Shown: in pieces, positions 18,780 to 28,147 of the stretch
How the letters are laid out: every line of letters begins with the position of its first letter
How positions within the stretch are numbered: the stretch's first letter is position 1
Source of the DNA: a virus
Taxonomy: Duplodnaviria; Caudoviricetes
Direction: 5' to 3' (one strand)
Length of the DNA: 58,084 bases
Virus record (IMG/VR): IMGVR_UViG_3300020442_001798
Coordinates: 1-58,084 of that record
Notes under the pieces: model-generated
The model's database searches: none
What the model saw: the letters and a program-made list of their open reading frames with translations, nothing else
What the model was told of the DNA's origin: nothing
Position numbers and translations under genes: made by a program

Positions 18780-20200
18780 TGCCAAGATACAGGCCGGGTG
18801 CGAGCAGACGGACGGTTTCTTCTAGGTCTGGTGCTATCTCTGAGAATGCTGTTGTTTATTCATCGTCAGGTGGTCACAATCATGACGGTGCTAATTCTAG
18901 TTTGATTGATGTCAACAAATATAGTTTGTGGGATTTTACATTAAATACCATCTACAGTACAAACGATAGAACTTCTAAACAAAACTCTCATATTGAGCAG
19001 TTTAGAAATTATGTAAAGAATATCATTATTAATGATGCTTTTGGGGCTGCTGGTGTCACTTTGGGTGATAATGTTATTAATGCTAACAATATTGTTGCTG
19101 GTTCTATTAGCACTGATCTTTTGAGAACTGATGCTATTAAGTCAACCAACTATAGTTACACAAGTGGTAATTTTAGTACGGCTGGAACATTTTTAAACTT
19201 ATCTGACGGATCAATAATTTCTAAAGAGTTTTTTATTGATTCAAGCGGTAACGCTGGTTTTGCTGGTGCGATTAGTGGCGGTACTATTGATATTGGTGGC
19301 ATAGACTCGTCGTCTTTTCATGTCAATAGTGCTGGCGATATGTGGTTGGGTAGTCCTGTGTATAGTGGTGCGCCTTTTAGGGTCTCTAGAGATGGGGATA
19401 TTGTTGCATCAAGCGCAACTATTACCGGAACTATTAATGCTGATGCTGGTTATCTTGGTAGTAGTACATCGGGTTTTGATATTTCATCAAATTCTATTAC
19501 TTCTCAAGATTTTGTTGCAGGTGGTGAAAATAGCGGTCGTGGTAAGTTAAATCTTTATTCATATGGTGATATTGTTATTGACTCTTCTCCCAATAGCGGG
19601 CCTCATTCTGGTCAGACATATAAAACATCTATTGTTGGTGAGTATCTTTATATAGAAAAAACAAGTTCTGGTGATAAGCCTAAAATTTTAATAGGCAACA
19701 CCACTGGTAATACGGATGATGCCGCAGTTGTTATTTACAAGAACGGTTCCACTAAAGCTTCAATGGCTATGAGTAGTAGTGCTGGAAATGTTCTTTTGTA
19801 CGATTCAGCAGGAACTTTAATGATTAACTTAGTTGGTTCAACTGGAGTTCTGGCTGGTAGAACATTTCAAGCTTATAACTCATCTGGTAGCATGACTGCT
19901 GAGCTAAAGGGTAGTGATGGTAGTATACGGGCAGGAAACATTAATGGTGGATATAACAATACTAACACAAATTCTATTGGTCAGGTTACGATTAGTCACG
20001 GCTTAAATGCAGAGCCTGATTTTGTTGTAGTGACTCCCGCCCAGCACTCAAGTAGCACGCCTGACTGGAACGTGCAGTATGTGGTTACATCTAAAAACTC
20101 TTCAACCTTTACAGTGACGCTCTATGAAGGCTTGAATGATACCGTCGCCAGTGACACTCAGGCGTGCTACTGGTTTGCTGGATTCTCTGTTCATACTTAA
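18779..20200 (+). CDS. Tail fibre/spike protein
   Basis: Gly/Ser-rich beta repeats (IVAGSIS, APFRVSRDG); C-terminal ISHGL..PDFVVVT...FTV...WFAG. Confidence 0.65.
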   Translation: MPRYRPGASRRTVSSRSGAISENAVVYSSSGGHNHDGANSSLIDVNKYSLWDFTLNTIYSTNDRTSKQNSHIEQFRNYVKNIIINDAFGAAGVTLGDNVINANNIVAGSISTDLLRTDAIKSTNYSYTSGNFSTAGTFLNLSDGSIISKEFFIDSSGNAGFAGAISGGTIDIGGIDSSSFHVNSAGDMWLGSPVYSGAPFRVSRDGDIVASSATITGTINADAGYLGSSTSGFDISSNSITSQDFVAGGENSGRGKLNLYSYGDIVIDSSPNSGPHSGQTYKTSIVGEYLYIEKTSSGDKPKILIGNTTGNTDDAAVVIYKNGSTKASMAMSSSAGNVLLYDSAGTLMINLVGSTGVLAGRTFQAYNSSGSMTAELKGSDGSIRAGNINGGYNNTNTNSIGQVTISHGLNAEPDFVVVTPAQHSSSTPDWNVQYVVTSKNSSTFTVTLYEGLNDTVASDTQACYWFAGFSVHT

Positions 20201-20236
20201 TATTCTAAATAAACTTTTATCATATAAAATAGTTAT

Positions 20237-20482
20237 ATGAAAAAGTTTAAGTCAATTATTACTCGTATAATTGCTGTTTTTGCTGCGTCTGCTTTGAGTG
20301 TTATTGGTGCTGGCGCTATTGCTGGCATTGAGTTGTGGAAGGCGGCTTTAATGGCCGGTATCGGTGGTATGGCTACGGTGGTTGAGGCGCTGGCTAGAGC
20401 CTACATGGATGACGGTGTTTTAGATGAAGATGAGATAAATGCTGCTTTTCATAAGGTTGATAAAAAAGCGGCTTCTGAATAG
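20237..20482 (+). CDS. Small membrane protein, holin-like
   Basis: Two hydrophobic helices then DDGVLDEDEINAAF; TAAAAT 6 nt upstream of ATG. Confidence 0.55.
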   Translation: MKKFKSIITRIIAVFAASALSVIGAGAIAGIELWKAALMAGIGGMATVVEALARAYMDDGVLDEDEINAAFHKVDKKAASE

Positions 20483-20507
20483 TTCCTAGTGTATAATAGT
20501 AGATAGT

Positions 20508-21182
20508 ATGGCTTACGAAAACTATAAGTTTATTTCTTGGGCAAGCGGCACACCTATTACTGGTACTCGTCTGGCTCAGATGTCCACAAATATTGAGCAA
20601 GTTAAACTTGCTACTGATGACCGCCCACAGGGTATTATTAAATACACTAAGGCTAGTTCACCTATCACATACGGTACTAGCGACAGTACAAGTGTTACAA
20701 GGAACACGCTTGCTAGTTTAAGGGATGACACCCCTAGCGGGTCTGATAATCGTCTTAGCGCTGATGCTAATAGATATGTTCGATTGATCTTGGACTTTCC
20801 TGGTATAAAAATTGCTAGCAGGGGTGCAGAAGATACGAAGTATGAGTTGTTGATTTATTATGGTTTGGATACTGATCCTTCACCAACATTAGTTTCAAAA
20901 CATTATTTGAATCCTCACATTTATGCTTTTTACGATGTTAGCTCTGATGCTTCGACTACAACTGTAAGTGTAAGAAGTAGTGGTAATGATGTTTACTTTG
21001 GTGCTGGCATGTATTCTATTGTGCTAGACACAAGTTCTTCTGGTTGGACTAATAGAAGCTATTTCTGTGCTGTTCAGAGAACTGCTAATAGCAATATGAC
21101 CAACGTTCCCGATTATACAGTGATGGCTTCGTCTACATCTCCTGTGGAGTTCTATGCTGAAGACATTGGAGGGACTTCTTAA
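20508..21182 (+). CDS. Putative virion/tail-associated protein
   Basis: N-terminal WASGTPITGTRLAQMSTNIE resembles tail-fibre attachment motifs; ends VEFYAEDIG. Confidence 0.5.
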   Translation: MAYENYKFISWASGTPITGTRLAQMSTNIEQVKLATDDRPQGIIKYTKASSPITYGTSDSTSVTRNTLASLRDDTPSGSDNRLSADANRYVRLILDFPGIKIASRGAEDTKYELLIYYGLDTDPSPTLVSKHYLNPHIYAFYDVSSDASTTTVSVRSSGNDVYFGAGMYSIVLDTSSSGWTNRSYFCAVQRTANSNMTNVPDYTVMASSTSPVEFYAEDIGGTS

Positions 21183-21184
21183 CA

Positions 21185-21607
21185 GTGAGTCTCGCTTCTC
21201 AGCGTAATGACATTGAGTGGAAAGCCGGTCATTTATCTGGAAGTGACAGCCCTAGCTTTCAAGGCGGCAAGTATATTGATGATAAAGGTTATGTTAAAGT
21301 TTTAAGACCTGAGCATCCTAAAAATATTCGTGGCTACATCTATGAGCATAGGGCTGTGATGGAAGAGTATTTAGGCCGGATGCTCCAGCCTTGGGAAACT
21401 ATTCATCACATTAACGAGATAAAGGTTGATAATCGGGTTGAAAATCTATTTCTTTGCACTGTTCCAGAACATAGCGCTATTCATCGTGAAGGTAAGCGTC
21501 CCAATGAGGCTCACAGAGCAAAGATGCGCGAGGTGGCTAGGGAGCATAAGCCTCACTTAAAGAAAAGAAATAGGACTTTGAGAGCACCGAGAGAAAAATT
21601 TTCCTAA
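21185..21607 (+). CDS. HNH endonuclease (free-standing)
   Basis: YEHRAVMEEYLGR...IHHINEIKVDNRVENL. Confidence 0.9.
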   Translation: MSLASQRNDIEWKAGHLSGSDSPSFQGGKYIDDKGYVKVLRPEHPKNIRGYIYEHRAVMEEYLGRMLQPWETIHHINEIKVDNRVENLFLCTVPEHSAIHREGKRPNEAHRAKMREVAREHKPHLKKRNRTLRAPREKFS

Positions 21608-21671
21608 AGACACATTTGCTTCAGATTTCTGCTACCATTTGTATACTGTCTTGTAGACCTTAGGAGTTTTA

Positions 21672-22841
21672 ATGAAATCATGTGAAGCGAAGGGGTGTAA
21701 CATTGAGTTTACGCCTAACTCGTCTAACCAGAAATATGCACATTCTACTTGTCGCAAAACTTTAGATAGTCTTGGGATTTGTAGATATCGTAAAGAGAAT
21801 GGATTGGTAGATATGCCTGTAGATATTACATCTGGCGACTCGTTTGATTCTGATGCAGAATTGCGTGTTGCCTATTCTAAATTGCAGAAAGAGTACGATA
21901 AAGTCAAGAACAAGAAAGATGATCTTGTTGATGCTGTGTATCGTGCTACTTTGGAACTTGACACAACCGTTAAGGCACCAAAAGTAAAAGCTCCTCCTAA
22001 GGATAAGCGTAAGGGTAAGACGGAAGAGGTTGCGGTTGCTGTTATCGCTGACTGGCAGCTTGCTAAGGTTACACCTGATTACAACTCTGAGGTTTGCGAA
22101 CAACGTATTGAGCAGTATGCTCAAAAGATTATTGACCTTACAGAGATTCAGCGTGCGGATCATCCTGTTAAGAAGCTGCATGTGTGGGCTTTGGGAGATA
22201 TTGTTGAAGGAGAACTTATCTTCCCCGGTCAATCATTCTTAATTGATGGTGGCTTGTATCGTCAGGTCACTGTTGATGGGCCTAGAATTATTAAGAACTT
22301 CTTAACTAAGATGCTTGAGAACTTTGATGAAGTTCATTTTACTGGTGTTATTGGCAATCATGGCTCTATTGGTGGTAGGGCTAGGCGAGATCACGATCCA
22401 GAGACGAATGCTGACAGAATGCTGTATCGTGTAGTACAATGGATGTTTGAGAAGGAAAAACGTATTACTTTTGATATACCAGATGGTAGGGGCGAAAAGC
22501 ACTGGTTTGCTGTCCCTGAAATCGGTAATTACAAAAGTTTGCTTTGTCACGGTGATCAATTCAATGGTTTATCTTCATTCTATTCGTTCCAAAAAAAGGT
22601 GTATGGATGGAAAGTTGGTGCTCTCGGGGAAGACTTTGATGATGTCTACATTGGTCACTGGCACACTCCAACTAAGATGACGTTTAATACTATTCAGGTT
22701 AGAGTGTCGGGCAGTCCTGAATCTACAAACACTTATGCTATGGAGAGCCTTGCTGCTATTGGAAGACCTTCACAGCCCTTGATGTTTGTTCACCCTGATA
22801 AGGGTATAGTCACAGCAGAATATAACTGCTGGCTTGACTAA
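21672..22841 (+). CDS. Calcineurin-like metallophosphoesterase with N-terminal Cys motif and coiled coil
   Basis: ADWQ, LGDIVEG, GNHG, HGD, GHWH motifs. Confidence 0.85.
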   Translation: MKSCEAKGCNIEFTPNSSNQKYAHSTCRKTLDSLGICRYRKENGLVDMPVDITSGDSFDSDAELRVAYSKLQKEYDKVKNKKDDLVDAVYRATLELDTTVKAPKVKAPPKDKRKGKTEEVAVAVIADWQLAKVTPDYNSEVCEQRIEQYAQKIIDLTEIQRADHPVKKLHVWALGDIVEGELIFPGQSFLIDGGLYRQVTVDGPRIIKNFLTKMLENFDEVHFTGVIGNHGSIGGRARRDHDPETNADRMLYRVVQWMFEKEKRITFDIPDGRGEKHWFAVPEIGNYKSLLCHGDQFNGLSSFYSFQKKVYGWKVGALGEDFDDVYIGHWHTPTKMTFNTIQVRVSGSPESTNTYAMESLAAIGRPSQPLMFVHPDKGIVTAEYNCWLD

Positions 22842-22853
22842 GGAGGAAAATAA

Positions 22854-23051
22854 ATGATTAAATTGTCAGAGGCAAATAAGAAAATGATTGCTTCATATGG
22901 CCGTAGCGTTATCGGTGCAGCACTTGCAACGTATACTGCTACAAGTGACTGGAAGATGGCTCTCAACTCGCTTTGGGCTGCTTTGATTCCTGTCGCAATG
23001 CGATTCTTGAACCCGGGCGACAACGCCTTCGGTAAGAACGCCGGTGCCTGA
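22854..23051 (+). CDS. Small membrane protein, holin-like
   Basis: SYGRS...WAALIPVAMRFLNPGDNAFG; AGGAGG SD. Confidence 0.6.
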   Translation: MIKLSEANKKMIASYGRSVIGAALATYTATSDWKMALNSLWAALIPVAMRFLNPGDNAFGKNAGA

Positions 23052-23111
23052 TTTAATTAAAAATTGATGTACCTAGCCCCTCTGCTCTGAACTGCGTGGT
23101 AAAATATTCAT

Positions 23112-23315
23112 ATGGATATTAAAACAAACATTCCACTTAAATGCACTCGTTGCGGAGGGGCTAAGTATATTGATGAGCCTTATCCGATTTTCGACACTTG
23201 GTATGTGGATGTTGTTTGTATTGCTTGCGGTCACGCAAAAGATATTCCTGTGTCGGAGCTAAGGGAACTAATTTCTAAACTTGAGTCTGCAATGAGGAAG
23301 AAAATTGATAAGTGA
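23112..23315 (+). CDS. Zn-ribbon protein
   Basis: CTRC...CIACG; TGGTAAAAT 6 nt upstream of ATG. Confidence 0.7.
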   Translation: MDIKTNIPLKCTRCGGAKYIDEPYPIFDTWYVDVVCIACGHAKDIPVSELRELISKLESAMRKKIDK

Positions 23316-23769
23316 TAAGGTAATTACTAATAAAATTTACATGTACGCTGGCTCTTTACACAAAGTAAAACGAGTTCAAAAGAAAAATGGTAAAGTTGTG
23401 TTGAGCAGTATGAAAGATTCTTCTGAAGTTGTTGTGCCGCTGGCTGGCTCTGATTTATTGCTTTCTAGAGTTTATACTATTGGTGAAGTGGCAAAAATTG
23501 TTGAGCGTAGACCTGATACAATTAGGAAGTACGAAAGGTCGGGTCTTATCCCAAAACCAGTCGCTGTCGGTGAAGAGTACCCATCGTATAAGAACTGGCG
23601 ATTCTACTCCCATCCAGATGTCTATGAGATTGTCGATTTTTTTTCAAATAGAACCCCCGGTCGCCCCGTAAAAAGAGTAGAGTCTATCGAATCCGTTGAT
23701 AATCGGATTCAAAATCTAAACCAAAAAGTAAAAATGACAGCAAGGAGCATACAAAATGCAAGAATCTAA
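23305..23769 (+). CDS. MerR-type HTH DNA-binding protein
   Basis: YTIGEVAKIVERRPDTIRKYERSGLIP...WRFYS. Confidence 0.85.
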   Translation: MISDKVITNKIYMYAGSLHKVKRVQKKNGKVVLSSMKDSSEVVVPLAGSDLLLSRVYTIGEVAKIVERRPDTIRKYERSGLIPKPVAVGEEYPSYKNWRFYSHPDVYEIVDFFSNRTPGRPVKRVESIESVDNRIQNLNQKVKMTARSIQNARI

Positions 23770-23959
23770 TGTTGAAATCTGGGCATCGCTTGGAATTACT
23801 AAAAACCTTGGAAATTATGAATCACTTCGTCTAGATGCTGGTGCTAGAGTTAAGGCATCATCTGAAGATGACGAACAGGCTTGGGCTGATCTGTGGAAAG
23901 CAGTTGACGAACAGATTGAGGCTAAGCTTCGGGAGCTAGATAGCGAGAATGAAAAGTGA
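23756..23959 (+). CDS. Conserved-type phage hypothetical protein
   Basis: TKNLGNYESLRLD motif; AGGAG SD. Confidence 0.65.
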   Translation: MQESNVEIWASLGITKNLGNYESLRLDAGARVKASSEDDEQAWADLWKAVDEQIEAKLRELDSENEK

Positions 23960-24245
23960 TTGGAGAGACTATGCAGTCTGTTCACAAGACAAATCTCCAC
24001 ATAAGTGGTTGTCGTCAAATATTGACGAGATAAACTACGCTAAAGATGGGTGTAGAAGGTGTACTGTTCGTAAAGAGTGCTTGTATTCCGCAATTTATGA
24101 GAGAGAAGCATTTGTGGGTGTTAACGCAGGCTATTCCGAAATAGAGTACATGATTAGAACATGGGAGCCAGTAGAGGAAGACGATGAAACTAACTGGAGA
24201 AAATCTGATAGACTTATTCAAGTCCTATTCAGAGAAATCATCTAA
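23949..24245 (+). CDS. whiB: Divergent WhiB-family Fe-S protein
   Basis: W...AVC-x23-CRRC-x5-C; GVNAG replaces GVWGG. Confidence 0.7.
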   Translation: MKSDWRDYAVCSQDKSPHKWLSSNIDEINYAKDGCRRCTVRKECLYSAIYEREAFVGVNAGYSEIEYMIRTWEPVEEDDETNWRKSDRLIQVLFREII

Positions 24246-24489
24246 ATTATTTATTCCAGATTCCCCTCGGCAGGATCAGGTAGCTGATAGTCTTGCTAAG
24301 CATTATGACGGGGAACTCTTACAGAAGGCGGTGAAGTGGTATATTGACAACAGGCCGGGGCCATTCCTTGTATTTGAATTCGCAGTGGAGTCAAGGGATA
24401 TGGTTGAGAAGGTCAAGTATGAAAACGAGGCTAAGTCTCGCTTTCAAGACATTGTAGCCGAAACTCGTAAGAGAATGGAAAACTCTTGA
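24184..24489 (+). CDS. Hypothetical protein upstream of helicase (possible loader)
   Basis: 101 aa ORF overlapping the DnaB start. Confidence 0.55.
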   Translation: MKLTGENLIDLFKSYSEKSSKLFIPDSPRQDQVADSLAKHYDGELLQKAVKWYIDNRPGPFLVFEFAVESRDMVEKVKYENEAKSRFQDIVAETRKRMENS

Positions 24490-25706
24490 ATTACGAAATT
24501 AAATTACTTAATTCGATTATTGAATCTAATGATTATGTAGAAGCAGTCAATAGTGGTGTTGAGAATGTCTTTATTGAATATAGAGATGTTTGGAACTTTC
24601 TTGTATCGCACTACGATGATCACAGCAAAGTGCCGTCGAAAGACACAGTAAAGTCTCACTTTTCAGACTTTGAATTTTTTAACACACCTGAACCTCTTGC
24701 TTACTATGTAGATGAAGCTAAGAGGGAGTCTCTTGCTTTTCAGACAAGGCAGATTGTTGCTAAGGCTCACTCTTTGATTGGTGACGTTGGACCAAAAGAT
24801 GCGTTATCGTATCTTATGGAACAAACCAGTAAGCTTTACAAATACTCTAGTTCACTCAAAGACACTGACCTTGTATCTGAATGGCGTGACAGATATGATG
24901 ATCTTAAAGAGAGGTCAGAAAACCCTGATAAACATACTGTTGGTATTCCTAGCGGTATTGATGTCATTGATAAGACGTTTGGTGGCTGGCAGGCTGGCGA
25001 CTTTGTTGTATTACTGGGCTGGACTGGTGTTGGTAAGTCATTTATTGCACGTTTGTTTGCGGCTAATGCGTGGCGTGCTGGTTATCGACCAATGATTATT
25101 TCTCTTGAGATGAATAAGAAGCAAGAGGGTCAAAGATTAGATACATTGCTTAACAATGGCGAGGGGCATTTTACTAACACTGATTTAATTAAAGCAAATC
25201 CTGCTATTGTTGACGGTTATGAATCTTGGGCTGAGTCCACCTTTGAGGGTAAGCAACCAATTTATTTGATTACTTCAGAAGGCTTGGAGACTGCCGACCA
25301 AAACATGGTTCAGGCTAAGATTGATCAGTATCAGCCCGACATGGTTATTCTTGACTATCATGGTTTGTTTGATGATGCCACTGGTGCTAAGAATGAGACC
25401 GAGAAGGCTAAGAATCTATCGAAGGCTTTCAAAAGAATTGCTGTTAAGAACAATGTGCCTATTATTGACGTAGCAGCAGTGACTATGGCGGAAGGTCATG
25501 GGGATAGGCCACCTGAGCTTGAAGAAGTTGCTTGGTCAAAACAGTTGGCATATGATGCTGACTTGGTTCTTGCTATTCACCGTGAGTTTAACTCTGATCT
25601 TTTCCAAGTGGTGTCTAGGAAGGTGCGCAGAGCGACACACTTTGGGTTCTATTTAAGGTGGGATTTAGAAACAGGAAAGTGGGCAGAAGAGTGGGACGTA
25701 GGGTGA
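24486..25706 (+). CDS. dnaB: Replicative DNA helicase
   Basis: Walker A GWTGVGKS, ISLEM, VILDY, YDADLVL. Confidence 0.93.
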   Translation: MNYEIKLLNSIIESNDYVEAVNSGVENVFIEYRDVWNFLVSHYDDHSKVPSKDTVKSHFSDFEFFNTPEPLAYYVDEAKRESLAFQTRQIVAKAHSLIGDVGPKDALSYLMEQTSKLYKYSSSLKDTDLVSEWRDRYDDLKERSENPDKHTVGIPSGIDVIDKTFGGWQAGDFVVLLGWTGVGKSFIARLFAANAWRAGYRPMIISLEMNKKQEGQRLDTLLNNGEGHFTNTDLIKANPAIVDGYESWAESTFEGKQPIYLITSEGLETADQNMVQAKIDQYQPDMVILDYHGLFDDATGAKNETEKAKNLSKAFKRIAVKNNVPIIDVAAVTMAEGHGDRPPELEEVAWSKQLAYDADLVLAIHREFNSDLFQVVSRKVRRATHFGFYLRWDLETGKWAEEWDVG

Positions 25707-25891
25707 CGACTGAAAAAATCTTTCACACATTGAAAGGGACGGCTGTTGATATTGAAACAGTTATTAGATTGCGTTCATGGATGGAAGATGAAGTCAGAAA
25801 GACACAAGGTAAGTTTAAATTTACTTCGTTAATTACTGATTACGACAAAGAGACAGAGACATTTGAATTCAAGCTTCATTTCCACAGGTAA
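25703..25891 (+). CDS. Small hypothetical protein
   Basis: GTG overlapping the dnaB stop; fills the gap to the primase. Confidence 0.5.
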   Translation: MTTEKIFHTLKGTAVDIETVIRLRSWMEDEVRKTQGKFKFTSLITDYDKETETFEFKLHFHR

Positions 25892-26789
25892 TATTCAAAA
25901 AGCAGTTATGGATCTGCTTGATGGTCAAGGCGTAGAGGTTCATACTCAGTCAGGCACTGAGGTTGCGATCTATTGCCCATTTCATGACAACACTCACAGT
26001 CCTGCGTGTTATATAAACACAAAGACAGGATTGTGGCAGTGTTTTAATCCTTCATGTGGCAAGAAGGGCAACTTTAGACAGTTGTATAAACACATGACTG
26101 GTAAAACATACGGTCGTGAATGGATGCTTGACCCTGTTAATCTGCAACGTGAACTTGATCTTGCTCTAGTTATCAAAGATGGTACTGAAGAGTTATCGAC
26201 TGATACAATTGAAGTTGACTACGACAGTGATGAGGTGAATAACTTACAGACTTTAGTGGATAGGGGGTATGATCTAGATATACTTGAATATTTTGAAATA
26301 GGTTATTCAAGGGTTAAGGATCGTGTTGTTATTCCTGTTCGTGACCCACAATACAAGATTGTTGGTTTAATTGGTCGTGCTGTGCATGACTGGCAAGAAC
26401 CACGATATCTGTATAATAAAGGTTTTAAGCGGGCAGATGTTTTATTTAACATCCAAAATGCTAAACAGTATGATAGTGTTATCATCTGTGAAGGTAGCTT
26501 GGATGCTATTAAAGTTGCTCAGGCTGGCTTCAAGAATGTTGTGGCTACGCTTGGTGCAAAGATATCTCCAAATCAGGTCAAGATGATTAAAAGATATTTT
26601 GACAGTATCGCTGTCTTTTCTGACAGAGACGACGCTGGTGCGGAGATGAGGCGTGCTATAATTGATGAGTGTCGTGGCAAAGAGATTTACACCGTTGAGA
26701 TTCCAGACGGTCTAAAAGATCCCGGCGACATGACAGACATACAAATCAAGCAAGCCATAACAAGCAAGCAAATTAATATAGGAGATTAA
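25863..26789 (+). CDS. dnaG: DNA primase
   Basis: CPFHD...CFNPSC zinc finger; TOPRIM ICEGSLDA, FSDRDDAG, KDPGD. Confidence 0.93.
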   Translation: MNSSFISTGNIQKAVMDLLDGQGVEVHTQSGTEVAIYCPFHDNTHSPACYINTKTGLWQCFNPSCGKKGNFRQLYKHMTGKTYGREWMLDPVNLQRELDLALVIKDGTEELSTDTIEVDYDSDEVNNLQTLVDRGYDLDILEYFEIGYSRVKDRVVIPVRDPQYKIVGLIGRAVHDWQEPRYLYNKGFKRADVLFNIQNAKQYDSVIICEGSLDAIKVAQAGFKNVVATLGAKISPNQVKMIKRYFDSIAVFSDRDDAGAEMRRAIIDECRGKEIYTVEIPDGLKDPGDMTDIQIKQAITSKQINIGD

Positions 26790-26793
26790 ACAC

Positions 26794-27438
26794 ATGTCAT
26801 TTACAAGCATTAAAACACTTAAGGATATTGAAAACAGTATTCCTCAAAAATCTGGCGGCTCAGGTGGGGGTAAAAAGTACTTCAACCTACAGTCGGGCGA
26901 TACATATAAGATTCGCTTTCGTCAGGAGCTAACTGAGGATTCAAAGAATTACGAAGAAGAAGTTGGTACGGGAATTATTGTTCCTGTTGTAACTTCACCA
27001 ATTAACTGGAAGTGGCGTTGCGCTTCGACTGCTTCAATGGCGGAGCATGGCTACCGCTGTTGGGCTACTGAGCAGATCGCTCAGGATGGTCGCTGGAAGC
27101 CCAAGCCTCACCTGTTGATTAACATTGCGGTTGAAATTGATGGTGCATGGGAACCTCGCATCCTTGATACCACTTTCAACCAGCGTCACATTGGTATGAT
27201 GCTCATGGAGTACGCTAAGGAGTTTGGTTCGATTATGGATCAGACATTTAAGTACAGCCGTACAGGTTCAGGTGCTCAAGACACTAATTACAGTCTGATT
27301 CCTCTTGGTCCTAGCGAGGCTGATGAGTCTATTGCTGGACTTACTATGCACCAGTTGGACAATGTTTATATGGTGTTGGGATACGATAAGCAGAAAATGT
27401 TCCTCACTACTGGCGAACTAAACAGCGACGGTTGGTGA
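26794..27438 (+). CDS. Single-stranded DNA-binding protein (phage gp32-like)
   Basis: YFNLQSGDTYKIRF...YSRTGSGAQDTNYSLIP; position in replication module. Confidence 0.65.
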   Translation: MSFTSIKTLKDIENSIPQKSGGSGGGKKYFNLQSGDTYKIRFRQELTEDSKNYEEEVGTGIIVPVVTSPINWKWRCASTASMAEHGYRCWATEQIAQDGRWKPKPHLLINIAVEIDGAWEPRILDTTFNQRHIGMMLMEYAKEFGSIMDQTFKYSRTGSGAQDTNYSLIPLGPSEADESIAGLTMHQLDNVYMVLGYDKQKMFLTTGELNSDGW

Positions 27439-27454
27439 TTTCGACGGTGCGATT

Positions 27455-27493
27455 GTTGGGCTTTGTGGGGGGAGCAATCCCCCCACGCCTAAC
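27455..27493 (+). terminator. GC-rich hairpin with GCAA tetraloop and no U-tract
   Basis: GTGGGGGGA-GCAA-TCCCCCCAC (27465-27486), extended by GTTGGGC/GCCTAAC. Confidence 0.55.
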
Positions 27494-27507
27494 GGAAAGG
27501 TTGTCTT

Positions 27508-28035
27508 GTGGGTAAGACCATTTGTTTGGATCTTGATGGGGTCGTTGCAGACCTTGTTGGCTCGATCAATAAAGAACTAGATGTTCGTGGCATGTCGGAT
27601 TTTGATTATGCTGATTGGGTTATTTCTCCGTATGAGGATGATTTGACTCGGGAGATTTTTGGTTCTCGGGTGTTTTGGAGGAATTTGAAGCCGTTTGTTG
27701 ATTCGTGGTATGCGGTTAATGATTGGTGGGGTTCTGGTCATGATGTGTTTTTTGTGACTGCTCGGTATTCTGATGCGGCTATTCGTTGGGCTAGGCCGTG
27801 GTTGGATATGTGGGGTTTTCAGTATTCTGATTTGTTTTTTGCTGAGATGGGCGATAAGTCTGAGATGGTGAAGAGGTTGGGTGCTGATGTGATGGTTGAG
27901 GATAATCCTTATGAGGTTGTTGCGTTGCGTGATGCTGGGATTGATGCGTTGTTGATGCGTGCTTGGTATAATTCGGAGTTTTGGGAGGATTTGCCTTGTG
28001 TTGGTTCTTTGTTGGAGGTGGTTGTTGATGCGTGA
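27508..28035 (+). CDS. HAD-family 5'(3')-deoxyribonucleotidase
   Basis: LDLDGVVAD, FVTAR, K...VEDNP. Confidence 0.85.
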   Translation: MGKTICLDLDGVVADLVGSINKELDVRGMSDFDYADWVISPYEDDLTREIFGSRVFWRNLKPFVDSWYAVNDWWGSGHDVFFVTARYSDAAIRWARPWLDMWGFQYSDLFFAEMGDKSEMVKRLGADVMVEDNPYEVVALRDAGIDALLMRAWYNSEFWEDLPCVGSLLEVVVDA

Positions 28036-28147
28036 TTTTGGTACTGTTGCGGTTGGTTTGTGGGCTAGCTATTGTGTGTTTGTTTTTGATTGGAGGCTGG
28101 GTGTTGCTTGGTCTGCTGTTGCGTTGTTGTCTGTGAATTGAGGTTTT

